From a virus, in the IMG/VR virus record IMGVR_UViG_3300045988_126785, positions 1 to 64,000 of that record: DNA of 64,000 nucleotides. The stretch is one strand, 5' to 3'. Position numbers and translations under genes: made by a program. Below are positions 7,983 through 15,781 of the stretch, one piece after another. The number at the start of each line of letters is the position of its first letter. Position 1 is the first letter of the stretch. The notes under the pieces are model-generated. The model searched no databases and was not told where the DNA came from. It saw nothing but the letters and a program-made list of their open reading frames with translations.

Positions 7983-9536
7983 ATGACTGACAAGAACAAC
8001 CGCCCCATGAAAACCGGCGACGTGGTGGAGATCACCGGCGCATACTTCAAGAATGACAACGGCCTTTACTTCGTCGAGCACACCCCCTGCGATCCGAATT
8101 GGAGCGGCCGGGATCACTGCCTCCGGCGCATCAAGCGCAACGGCGAACTCAGCACCGCAAAGGATAACATTTGCTTCTGGCCCATTTCCGCCTTTGTGAA
8201 CAGCCGGGACAAGCGGGCCGCCGCCAACGAGTGGAACCGGGAGCACGCGGAAATCGAAATCAAGACCTTCCCCCACACGGAACACATTGCCGCCTATTTT
8301 GCAAGCGAGGCGGACAGCCTGGACGTGACAATCAAGCGCTATACATGGGACTTTGGCGAGGACTGCCAGACCGTCAAGGATACGAAAGAAACGCAAGCCT
8401 TTTACCGCTCCATTGCTGACGGTCTCCGGACTGAACAGCCCACCGCCGCCACCGAACAGCCCACCGCCGCCACCGAACAGCCCAGCGCCGCCACCGAACA
8501 GCCCGAACAGCAGCCCCCCGCCACCGGCGCAGGTGCGGAAGCACCCGCAGAACAGCCGGAGGCCACCACCGCAGAACAGGCAGAACAGCCCACCCCGGAA
8601 AATCGGCCTGAAACGGTCCCGCCTTATGGTTCCATCGACGAGGAAACCGCCCGCAACGCCCATTACTGCGTCCACATGAGCGACTACAAACCCGGCAGCG
8701 CCACGGCCAGTTATCGAAATTCCGTGAACAAAGCCGCCGAACTGGTGGAACAGCAGAAAGCCCGCGTTAGCACTTTTTACCATGACAAGCTGGACACCCT
8801 GCTTGACCGCTACGCCCGCCGCCTTGCCCAGTGGACGAACGATTACAACCGCAACCAGGCCAGCTATCCCAGCCAGTTTATCGCCGGGGCGGGCAACTTC
8901 AATATGCGCAAGCATAACCGCCAGATGTCCCGCGAGGACTCCCTGTGGGAGGAATACCGGCAGATTGAGGCGATTCTGGACAAGATCCGCAGCATCGGCA
9001 CCGGCCCGGTAGACCTTGCCGACCCCCACGCCCGCGAAATGCTCACCGAGCGCCTGAACAGCCAACGCCAGATGTTGGAGGACGCCAAAACCGCCAACGC
9101 CTATTACCGCAAGCACAAAACGCTGGAAGGCTGCCCCGGTCTCAGCGAGAAAAACCGCGCATGGCTGACCCGTCCCGGCGTGTTCGCCTCCGGTGACGGC
9201 TCCCCCATCTCCCTGTACGGATCCCCCTTCCCCGCTTACGAGCTGGCCAGCATCCGGGGCAAGATCGAGCGGACAGAACAGCGCCTCGCGGAGCTTGACC
9301 GCAGAGAACAGCAGGCCGCCGAGCCTCAGACCGGCACCGCCTTTGACGGCGGGCAGATCGTCCGCAATATCGACCTGAACAGACTGCAAATCCTCTTTGA
9401 CGCCATCCCCGACGCCGACACCCGCGCCGCCCTGAAGCAAAACGGCTTCCGCTGGTCTCCCAAAAATCAGGCATGGCAGCGCCAGCTCACCGACAACGCC
9501 GAACGCGCCGCCCGTCAGGTCCTCTGCCTTGCCTGA
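7983..9536 (+). CDS. large polyvalent-type protein with a DUF3560-like C-terminus
   Basis: The C-terminus has LKQNGFRWSPKNQAWQRQ. The protein also has an EQPTAAT repeat linker and an AGGAGG RBS. Confidence 0.6.
   Translation: MTDKNNRPMKTGDVVEITGAYFKNDNGLYFVEHTPCDPNWSGRDHCLRRIKRNGELSTAKDNICFWPISAFVNSRDKRAAANEWNREHAEIEIKTFPHTEHIAAYFASEADSLDVTIKRYTWDFGEDCQTVKDTKETQAFYRSIADGLRTEQPTAATEQPTAATEQPSAATEQPEQQPPATGAGAEAPAEQPEATTAEQAEQPTPENRPETVPPYGSIDEETARNAHYCVHMSDYKPGSATASYRNSVNKAAELVEQQKARVSTFYHDKLDTLLDRYARRLAQWTNDYNRNQASYPSQFIAGAGNFNMRKHNRQMSREDSLWEEYRQIEAILDKIRSIGTGPVDLADPHAREMLTERLNSQRQMLEDAKTANAYYRKHKTLEGCPGLSEKNRAWLTRPGVFASGDGSPISLYGSPFPAYELASIRGKIERTEQRLAELDRREQQAAEPQTGTAFDGGQIVRNIDLNRLQILFDAIPDADTRAALKQNGFRWSPKNQAWQRQLTDNAERAARQVLCLA
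8433..8511 (+). repeat. 21-nt in-frame tandem repeat (GAACAGCCCACCGCCGCCACC, about 3.7 copies)
   Basis: Read directly. It encodes (EQPTAAT)n. Confidence 0.9.
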
Positions 9537-9543
9537 ACAGCGG

Positions 9544-9574
9544 CAAAAACCCACTTGGCCCACCCTGCTACAAT
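9544..9574 (+). promoter_or_regulatory. promoter-like motif CAAAAACCCNCTTGG-N10-TACAAT, copy 1 of 3
   Basis: Same spacing and core as 14168-14198 and 21403-21433. TGCTACAAT reads as an extended -10. Confidence 0.45.
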
Positions 9575-9613
9575 GAAATTAAGAACTGAACAGCCCAGCG
9601 AGGGGGGGTAAGG

Positions 9614-10096
9614 ATGTCAAAATACAAAGATTTAACCGGTCAACGCTTCGGAATGTTGGAAGTTGTTCAATATGTCGCATCTGATAAGCACGGTAACGCT
9701 CTGTGGCAATGCCGTTGTGATTGTGGGCGAAAGTCAATAGTCCCGGCGAAAGATTTAAACTCTGGAAATACAAGGTCCTGTGGATGCTATCGAAAGACTT
9801 TCGCCGTGACGCATGGCGCAACCGTAGAAAGCGATCCGGATTATGAGCGCTGGAAAGCCATGAAAAAGCGCTGCACAAACACATGCGATAGGTATTATCA
9901 CAGATACGGCGGCCGCGGTATCAAGATTTTCAGTCTTTGGCTACATGATTTTGGGGCGTTCCGCACATACATACGAACTCTTCCGCATTATGGGGAACCC
10001 GGCTATACGCTGGACAGGATAGACAATTCTGGAAACTATGCGCCGGGAAATCTTAAATGGTCAACCCCGAAAGAACAAGCAAACAACCGAGGATAA
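9614..10096 (+). CDS. free-standing HNH-type (homing) endonuclease
   Basis: Contains WQCRCDCG...RSCGC and LDRIDNSGNYAPGNLKWSTPKEQANN. The gene is visibly AT-richer than its neighbours. Confidence 0.7.
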   Translation: MSKYKDLTGQRFGMLEVVQYVASDKHGNALWQCRCDCGRKSIVPAKDLNSGNTRSCGCYRKTFAVTHGATVESDPDYERWKAMKKRCTNTCDRYYHRYGGRGIKIFSLWLHDFGAFRTYIRTLPHYGEPGYTLDRIDNSGNYAPGNLKWSTPKEQANNRG

Positions 10097-10128
10097 GTGA
10101 TTGCCCACGAGGGCATGAAAGGACACCT

Positions 10129-10395
10129 ATGAAAGCTAAACTGAACGATGCGCAGGCCCGCGCATATATCGCGGGCGACCTGAGTGAACCCGTGCAGGAG
10201 ATTGAGCGTAAACACATTCTCCGCCTTGTGTCCGCTTTGCAGGAGGCTGCAGAGCGTCCCGGTATGAACCTCGCAAACCTGTGCAAAACCGCCGACCGCT
10301 ATGTGGAAAATCATCAGAACACAGAAAACTGGCAGGAGTTTTCCTTGCTGATTGCGGCCCGTGACGCCATCAAATCCCAATCAAATGAACAATAA
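10129..10395 (+). CDS. hypothetical protein (88 aa)
   Basis: Internal start MKAKLND, preceded by a GAAAGGA RBS. Confidence 0.5.
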   Translation: MKAKLNDAQARAYIAGDLSEPVQEIERKHILRLVSALQEAAERPGMNLANLCKTADRYVENHQNTENWQEFSLLIAARDAIKSQSNEQ

Positions 10396-10452
10396 TTCGA
10401 TAAAATCGAATCTGGACCAGGAATCGCAAGAGCGCGAAAGGAGATTTACCCC

Positions 10453-10668
10453 ATGTTTATGGTTTACTTCAAAGGCCCCAGGGACAAACAGCATAAGCCC
10501 ATGAGCCTGAACACCGGCGAGCTGTTTAACCGCCTGGTTTATGCGCCCGTCTACAATGACGATCTTCTCCCCGCCGTGAAGTCATGGATCGACCTGAACA
10601 AAAAGAACGCCCCGGATTGTTCGATCCAGTGCCGCGTCCCCGGCACCTCGAAAATCCTATACGCCTGA
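10453..10668 (+). CDS. hypothetical protein (71 aa)
   Basis: Track ORF with a GAAAGGAG RBS. Its stop lies inside a GCCTGAACAGC copy. Confidence 0.5.
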   Translation: MFMVYFKGPRDKQHKPMSLNTGELFNRLVYAPVYNDDLLPAVKSWIDLNKKNAPDCSIQCRVPGTSKILYA

Positions 10669-10693
10669 ACAGCCGCACCGAAAGGAGAATACC

Positions 10694-10834
10694 ATGTACT
10701 TTCTCGAAAATTACCGCGGCTTTGGCGTATACCTGACTGGATCGGGATATATCGCCCGTAACCGCGAAAGAATTTTAACCGCAAAGACCTACGCCGAAAT
10801 GATCCAGTGCATCAACCTCTGGACCTGCTGTTGA
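10694..10834 (+). CDS. small hypothetical protein (46 aa)
   Basis: Hand translation gives MYFLENYRGFGVYLTGSGYIARN... GAAAGGAG RBS. Below the track cutoff. Confidence 0.4.
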   Translation: MYFLENYRGFGVYLTGSGYIARNRERILTAKTYAEMIQCINLWTCC

Positions 10835-10847
10835 AAGGAGCACAACC

Positions 10848-11078
10848 ATGAAAACCGCCGGATATTGGGAGTGCAGAAACGAGATCAGCGCCGCGCGCCT
10901 CCCCACCCCGCACAAGTACGAACCGTTTACCGAGCTTTTCGACGTGGACAAGCTCGACGCCATCCGCGACAAATACGGCGTTGACCTTTACCGCGAGTGC
11001 TACGCAGACGTAGCCCGCGAGGTCATGGCCACCGCAAGAAATGAACAGAAAGGAGCACATACCCATGTTGAACACTGA
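10848..11078 (+). CDS. hypothetical protein (76 aa)
   Basis: Track ORF with a GAAAGGAG RBS. Confidence 0.5.
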   Translation: MKTAGYWECRNEISAARLPTPHKYEPFTELFDVDKLDAIRDKYGVDLYRECYADVAREVMATARNEQKGAHTHVEH

Positions 11079-11793
11079 ACAGACCCTCACCCGCGTTTTG
11101 CAGATCGTCCACGCGCTGGACGAGGACGAAACCGCCATTTATACCGCCGTCAGCAAGAACCCCTACGAATGGGAAAGCGCCGTCGGCCCCATCCCCCAGC
11201 TGTATTTCTTAGAACAGGATCTCCGCCGCACGTTGGTGGAGGAAGCCGCCACAAAGTCTGGGCGCCGCTCCGCCTTTTTCGCCGCCCGCCGCATCTGCGA
11301 CGCAGCCGTGGCTAAGAACAGCACCCGCCCCGCTTCACAGGGCTTCTGGATCGACGAGGAAGGCAAGCAGTGCGTCTGCGACGGCTTCCGCGGCTTCCGC
11401 CTGAACAGCCCTATGGAACTGACCGCCGCGCCGGAACTCAGCGCCGACGGTTCCCGGTTCAACCTGGCGCAGATCATAGCCCCCACCCGCAAGAACACCC
11501 TGCGTCTCACGCTCCCCTCCGTGACGGAGGTTCGGGCGAAAATCAAGACGGACCGTGCGGAATGGGCTGCCAAGCGCCACCGCAAGGGCGAAACCTTCTC
11601 CCCTTATTACGATTTCGGCCCCGGTCTCCCCAGAGTCAACCCAAACTATTTGATCGACTTCCTTCAGCTTTTCCCCGACGGCGAGGCGTTCGCCTCTGAA
11701 CAGAAGCCCTATATCACCCCCATCTATTTCCGGTCCGCAGACGGCGAGGGCATCCTCTGCCCCTGCCGCAAGGCCGACGAAGCCGCCGCCTGA
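11065..11793 (+). CDS. hypothetical protein with a sliding-clamp (DnaN C-terminal)-like motif
   Basis: Internal start MLNTEQT after an AAAGGAG RBS. The C-terminal VNPNYLIDFLQLF...PIYF...GILCPCRK resembles the NxxYLxDxL...P.R end of beta clamps. Confidence 0.5.
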   Translation: MLNTEQTLTRVLQIVHALDEDETAIYTAVSKNPYEWESAVGPIPQLYFLEQDLRRTLVEEAATKSGRRSAFFAARRICDAAVAKNSTRPASQGFWIDEEGKQCVCDGFRGFRLNSPMELTAAPELSADGSRFNLAQIIAPTRKNTLRLTLPSVTEVRAKIKTDRAEWAAKRHRKGETFSPYYDFGPGLPRVNPNYLIDFLQLFPDGEAFASEQKPYITPIYFRSADGEGILCPCRKADEAAA

Positions 11794-11819
11794 ACAGCGG
11801 CGCAGGAAAGGACATCTTT

Positions 11820-13721
11820 ATGATCGCATATCTGGAAACGCAAAATCGTTACGGCGAGAAAGAACTCTGTGCGCTTGTTGATGGCGTTGAAATCGCCAGA
11901 ATCACGAAAACAGAAAATATGGGGAAGCCGCAATATTGCGTCGGTATTACATGGGAGCGTGAGCGCTCGGAGTTTTTAGGGCGCGCCGCCACCATTGCCG
12001 GAGCCAAAAAGCTGATCCGGCAGTGGGGTGAACAGCACCTCACTGAGGTTTCCCAGAGGACCACCGGGCAGGATGTGAAGCGTCTCCCTCAGTTTTCCGA
12101 CACCGGCTTTTACCCCACGCCCTCCAAGCTGGCTGGGCGGATGCTGGCAGGCGTCCGCTGGAAGGATGTTACCGCGATTTTGGAGCCGTCAGCCGGAAAG
12201 GGTGATTTGGCGGATGCCGCCCGGAAATTCGTCGAGGATTACCACAATGACCGGAAGGTCTGCGTAGACAAGCGGGAACCGTATATCGACTGCGTAGAGA
12301 TTGACCCTGATCTTGCCCTTATCCTGAAGGGCAAAGGCTATCCCGTGGTCTCCGATGATTTCCTGACCTTCCATACATTCAAGCAGTATGACCTGATCCT
12401 CATGAACCCTCCCTTTGAGAACGGAGATGAACACCTGCTCAAAGCCTTGTCGCTTATGGAACGCGGCGGCCAGATTGTTTGTCTGTTGAATGCGGAAACC
12501 ATCCGAAACCCCTACACCAACCGCCGAAAGGTCCTGCGTCAGAAGCTCTCAGAGTACAATGCAAAAATCGAATTTATCGAAAATGCGTTTGCCCACGCCC
12601 AGCGGAAAACCAATGTGGAAATCGCCATGATCTTCGTTGACATTCCCTACCCAAAGCCAGAGTCCGATATTTTTGAGCATTTAAAGCGTTCTCGTGAAGA
12701 AACATACACCGCTGCGGATGGCCCAACCGCCTTGGCGTCTGCCGACTGGCTGCAAAACATGATCGACGGGTTCCAGTTTGAGGCAGAGCTGGGGAATAAG
12801 CTAATCCGGGAATATCAAGGTCTCTGTCCCTACCTGATGAATGGCAGCACCACCTATGAAAAGCCGCTCCTGGAACTCACTTGCTCGGAAAGGGGGCGCG
12901 GAAATGACGCTGGACTTCCTAACGTCTATCTCCGGGCACTTCGCGGCAAGTATTGGCGCACTCTGCTGTCCCGCCCGGAACTCACTGGCAAAATGACCTC
13001 CGCCATGCGGCAGGACTATCAGGAAAAAATCGAAACTCTCTCCGCCTATGACTTTAGCCGGTACAATATTGAAACCGTCATGCGTGAGATCGCCCACCAG
13101 CTTGCACAAGGCGTGGAAGAATCCATTCTGAATCTCTTTGAGACCTTCACGGCGAAACACGCCTGGTATCCTGAGTGTGCCAACAACATCCATTATTACA
13201 ATGGCTGGGCCACCAACAAGGCCCACAAAATCGGCATGAAGGTGATCGTCCCGGCTTCCGGCTGCTATGCCGACTCATGGCGCGACGAAAAGCTGGACAC
13301 ATACCGGGTCAATTCCATGATCTCCGACTTGGAGCGCGCTATGAACTATCTGGACCGTGGCGAAACTTACTGCCATATCCCGGTAGATGTGGCCATTCTT
13401 CGCGCAAATGGCGTCAACAGCAATAAGGCGTCCTTCACCTATTTTGACTGCGTTTTCTATAAGAAAGGAACCTGCCATATCAAGTTCAAGCCTAACGCAG
13501 TTCGTATCATTGACCGCCTGAATATCTTTGCCGGTCAGCACAAAAACTGGCTTCCCCCTGTCTATGGAAAGAAGCATTATCAGGACATGACACCGGAGGA
13601 ACAGGCAGTGATCGACGAGTTCCAGGGCGAAGCAGCTTACGAGTCCGTATTGTCTGATCCGTCTATGCTGATCTCCGCCGGGGACATTGCCCTCGCCGCC
13701 CTTCCGTCCTCCAATCCATGA
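11820..13721 (+). CDS. N6-adenine DNA methyltransferase with a long C-terminal (DUF4942-like) domain
   Basis: Contains ILEPSAGKGDL (motif I) and DLILMNPPFENGDEHL (NPPF). Confidence 0.8.
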   Translation: MIAYLETQNRYGEKELCALVDGVEIARITKTENMGKPQYCVGITWERERSEFLGRAATIAGAKKLIRQWGEQHLTEVSQRTTGQDVKRLPQFSDTGFYPTPSKLAGRMLAGVRWKDVTAILEPSAGKGDLADAARKFVEDYHNDRKVCVDKREPYIDCVEIDPDLALILKGKGYPVVSDDFLTFHTFKQYDLILMNPPFENGDEHLLKALSLMERGGQIVCLLNAETIRNPYTNRRKVLRQKLSEYNAKIEFIENAFAHAQRKTNVEIAMIFVDIPYPKPESDIFEHLKRSREETYTAADGPTALASADWLQNMIDGFQFEAELGNKLIREYQGLCPYLMNGSTTYEKPLLELTCSERGRGNDAGLPNVYLRALRGKYWRTLLSRPELTGKMTSAMRQDYQEKIETLSAYDFSRYNIETVMREIAHQLAQGVEESILNLFETFTAKHAWYPECANNIHYYNGWATNKAHKIGMKVIVPASGCYADSWRDEKLDTYRVNSMISDLERAMNYLDRGETYCHIPVDVAILRANGVNSNKASFTYFDCVFYKKGTCHIKFKPNAVRIIDRLNIFAGQHKNWLPPVYGKKHYQDMTPEEQAVIDEFQGEAAYESVLSDPSMLISAGDIALAALPSSNP

Positions 13722-13734
13722 AAGGAACCGTTCC

Positions 13735-14163
13735 ATGAATTATAAAGCCATGAAGTACAACGCATTGATTGATGATCTTGTTTCGCTTGCCAAAGAGTCG
13801 CATGATTTCCGAGAGTCTATCGTCTGCACGGAGGCGTCAACAACGATCATGCATCTTTTTAGCGAAAACGAACGGCTTTCGATGGAGCTGAAGCACATGG
13901 AAGAAGCTGCCGCAAGCGCCAAGTCTGAAAAGTTCAGTCTGCAAGATTTCGTCCGCACAAACCTGATCCCTCCCAAGCAGCGGGTGTGCCTGTGTGAACA
14001 AATTGACAGCGACTTTGCGAGACCAGCTTGGAGCGGCCCGTTTTGTGAACTTCCGCAGTCTTATACCCAGCGCGCCGTGGATAAGGTATTTGTCCCGATT
14101 TCCGATGCGGCCCTGGAATGCTACCGCTTTACCCTTTACATCATTTTGCGCCCGGAATCCTAA
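13735..14163 (+). CDS. hypothetical protein (142 aa)
   Basis: Internal start MNYKAMK after a GAAAGGA RBS. AT-richer than its flanks. Confidence 0.5.
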   Translation: MNYKAMKYNALIDDLVSLAKESHDFRESIVCTEASTTIMHLFSENERLSMELKHMEEAAASAKSEKFSLQDFVRTNLIPPKQRVCLCEQIDSDFARPAWSGPFCELPQSYTQRAVDKVFVPISDAALECYRFTLYIILRPES

Positions 14164-14167
14164 ATGT

Positions 14168-14198
14168 CAAAAACCCCCTTGGAGGGGTATCGTATAAT
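14168..14198 (+). promoter_or_regulatory. promoter-like motif CAAAAACCCCCTTGG-N10-TATAAT, copy 2 of 3
   Basis: Heads the tRNA/ncRNA block. The 22-mer at 14165-14186 is identical to 21400-21421. Confidence 0.5.
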
Positions 14199-14308
14199 AA
14201 AATCAAGGGCGAGATAGACGCCGCCCTTGCTTTCCATCTTTCTATCTTCCCTCACGCACGGCGGCTGCCGGCCTACCCAACGGCAGCCGCCAAACTCCAA
14301 AACAGCAT

Positions 14309-14407
14309 GGGCGAAAATCGTGCGGTCACGCACGCGGACTAATCTCCCGCGTGAACAGGCTTTTCCATTCGGCTTGTTTCCCGGTTCAACTCCGGTTTCG
14401 CTCACCA
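14309..14407 (+). ncRNA. class-II-shaped tRNA-like element with a 9-nt anticodon loop (not assignable)
   Basis: Acceptor GGGCGAA/TTCGCTC plus A-CCA. T arm CCGG-TTCAACT-CCGG. Long variable arm with an 8-bp stem. D hairpin CGTG-CGGT-CACG. The central stem CACGCGG/CCGCGTG has the loop ACTAATCTC. Confidence 0.4.
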
Positions 14408-14517
14408 GCGGCGCGGATGCCGCACGTAGTTATCTCCTACCTTCCAAGCGTGGCCCGTAAGTACACGCTCGCCGTTCTCGGAGCGGTGCCCCGGTGCAAC
14501 CCCGGCAGGGCAGCAAC

Positions 14518-14591
14518 GCGGATATAGTTCATCGGCAGAACGGCGGCTTCCCAAGCCGCGAAGGTGGGTTCGATTCCCATTATCCGCTCCA
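14518..14591 (+). tRNA. tRNA-Gly (CCC)
   Basis: Hand-folded cloverleaf: GCGGATA/TATCCGC, D stem GTTC/GAAC, anticodon stem GCGGC/GCCGC with loop TTCCCAA, T loop TTCGATT, then T-CCA. Confidence 0.85.
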
Positions 14592-14703
14592 AGGGTGCAC
14601 GAGCAGCGCCCTGCATGGATCGCAAAGCCTCCTGAATGTGTATGACAGCCCGGAAAGACGGGCCGCCACATCACCCGCCATGGCGCAAACAAGGCGGGTC
14701 TAT

Positions 14704-14773
14704 GCAGATGTCCAACCGGTGCTTTTTGTCCTTTCCACCCGGGAGCCGGGGACCTCTCCTGCCGTCTGCACCA
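14704..14773 (+). ncRNA. tRNA-like mini-element U1 (no D arm, non-canonical T loop)
   Basis: Acceptor GCAGATG/CGTCTGC plus A-CCA. It shares both ends and a GGAG-N10-CTCC arm with U2. Confidence 0.3.
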
Positions 14774-14930
14774 TGCCCTCCCACATAAGAGGTGGTTACT
14801 CTATAAACCGTAGTGGGCATGAAACCTCCATATCTGGCAGTGGAGTCGGCGGGTTGATACAGCCGCTATCGGGACGGTATTCTCGGAGAACCTGAGCGAC
14901 ATGACCGCCGGGAAAGACCGGCATCTATAC

Positions 14931-14993
14931 GCAGACGTCCAAGCCGCGGCCGATCACGCGGGGAGTTGGGGGCATCTCCAACCGTCTGCACCA
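14931..14993 (+). ncRNA. tRNA-like mini-element U2 (63 nt)
   Basis: Acceptor GCAGACG/CGTCTGC plus A-CCA. Central hairpin CCGCG-GCCGATCA-CGCGG. Flush hairpin GTTGG-GGGCATCT-CCAAC. Confidence 0.3.
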
Positions 14994-15184
14994 TGGCGGG
15001 GAACGTTTCGGGTGATGCGTCTCTGCCAGTGCTCCCCAAAAATATAAGCTGCGGCCTGCAAAAGCAGCTCGTCTTCGGCAACTGGTACTTGCCCTTGACG
15101 CCCCGGTGCAATTCCGGTTGGGCATAGGACCCCTCGCACCTCTCGTCCAGGGTTCCCTGACGAAGTGTCCCAGAGGGGACATTT

Positions 15185-15259
15185 GCAGACGTAGCTCAGT
15201 AGGTTAGAGCACCCCCGAAGTGGGGAACGATGCAGGTTCAAGTCCTGCCGTCTGCACCA
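15185..15259 (+). ncRNA. tRNA-like element U3: canonical D and T arms but a 5-nt anticodon loop
   Basis: GCAGACG TA GCTC-AGTAGGTTA-GAGC A, then CCCCC-GAAGT-GGGGA, then ACGAT, then GCAGG-TTCAAGT-CCTGC, then CGTCTGC A CCA. Confidence 0.45.
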
Positions 15260-15432
15260 AATCCCAAAGCTGACAGCGTACAGGGGCAATATTGCGGCAA
15301 GCCCGTACTTGGCGAGCGTTGTGTCCCGTCAGCAGGGCGTGGCTCCGCGAAGGGCCGTTCGATTTGCCCGCGTTGAATCGAGCGTTACTTAGAACACGTA
15401 CCCGCTCCGGCGGGTACGCAAACGCGGGATAT

Positions 15433-15509
15433 AGGGGCGAATGTTCCAAGGCTGGCGAGGCGGTCTCCAAAACCGCTTGGGTGGGTTCGATTCCCAACCG
15501 TCCCTGCCA
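15433..15509 (+). tRNA. tRNA-Trp (CCA) with an irregular D arm and T/acceptor junction
   Basis: Acceptor AGGGGCG/CGTCCCT plus G-CCA. Anticodon stem GCGGT/ACCGC with loop CTCCAAA. T loop TTCGATT. Positions 8-9 are AA, the D stem pairs poorly, and there is 1 extra nt before the acceptor 3' strand. Confidence 0.6.
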
Positions 15510-15781
15510 ACTCTAAACGGAGTCACCAACGGAGTATAAACAAGTGGGGTAACCGTGGAAACCGGAGATATGCGGCATAGGTGCCCCGTAAGGGGAGACC
15601 ACAGCGAGCGACGCCAAATGCTGGCCGAAGCGCTAAAGCAGGGCAGGACTGCAATGCCGTACCATCCCGGCCAGCGGGCGAGGAAGCGTAAAAAGCTAAG
15701 TATCAGGCGGCTGGTATAATTGCCAAGTTCCTGATGGCTGGTAGGAAGACGCAGCGCAGCCGGGAGCCTATGTAAAAATAC
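15510..15781 (+). ncRNA. 272-nt ORF-free, hairpin-rich spacer (candidate structured RNA)
   Basis: CCCC-GTAA-GGGG at 15584-15595. A 7-bp pairing CTGGCCG/CGGCCAG (15620-26 with 15668-74). ATCAGG/CCTGAT (15702-07 with 15729-34). It also contains TGGTATAAT (15712-15720), an extended -10. Confidence 0.3.

Noticed and set aside
7108-9563. Long minus-strand ORFs (7108..7965, 285 aa; 7947..9563, 538 aa) antisense to the plus-strand genes.
   Set aside because: Their composition is Gly/Ala/Arg/Val-rich and low in complexity, and they have no RBS. They are exact shadows of well-supported plus-strand genes in GC-rich DNA. The same applies to 18275..19717(-), 36078..37238(+), 43183..46248(+), 46254..47693(+), 52203..54011(+), 28367..29662(-) and 29467..30714(+).
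14309-14407. Assignment of the long-arm tRNA-like element as tRNA-Sec, tRNA-Pyl or a stop-codon suppressor.
   Set aside because: No UCA, CUA or UUA sits at positions 34-36 of a 7-nt loop preceded by U33. The only TCA lies in a 6-nt hairpin loop (GGTCAC) in the D-arm position. The 9-nt loop ACTAATCTC gives no canonical anticodon.
15510-15781. RNase P RNA, tmRNA, SRP RNA or a group I intron in the largest spacer.
   Set aside because: I could not find the conserved cores I remember: GGAAAGUCCGG and ACAGAACCCGGCUUA for RNase P, the tmRNA tag ORF and UCCACCA end, or the SRP GGAAGCAGCC motif. The region is left as unassigned structured RNA pending covariance-model searches.
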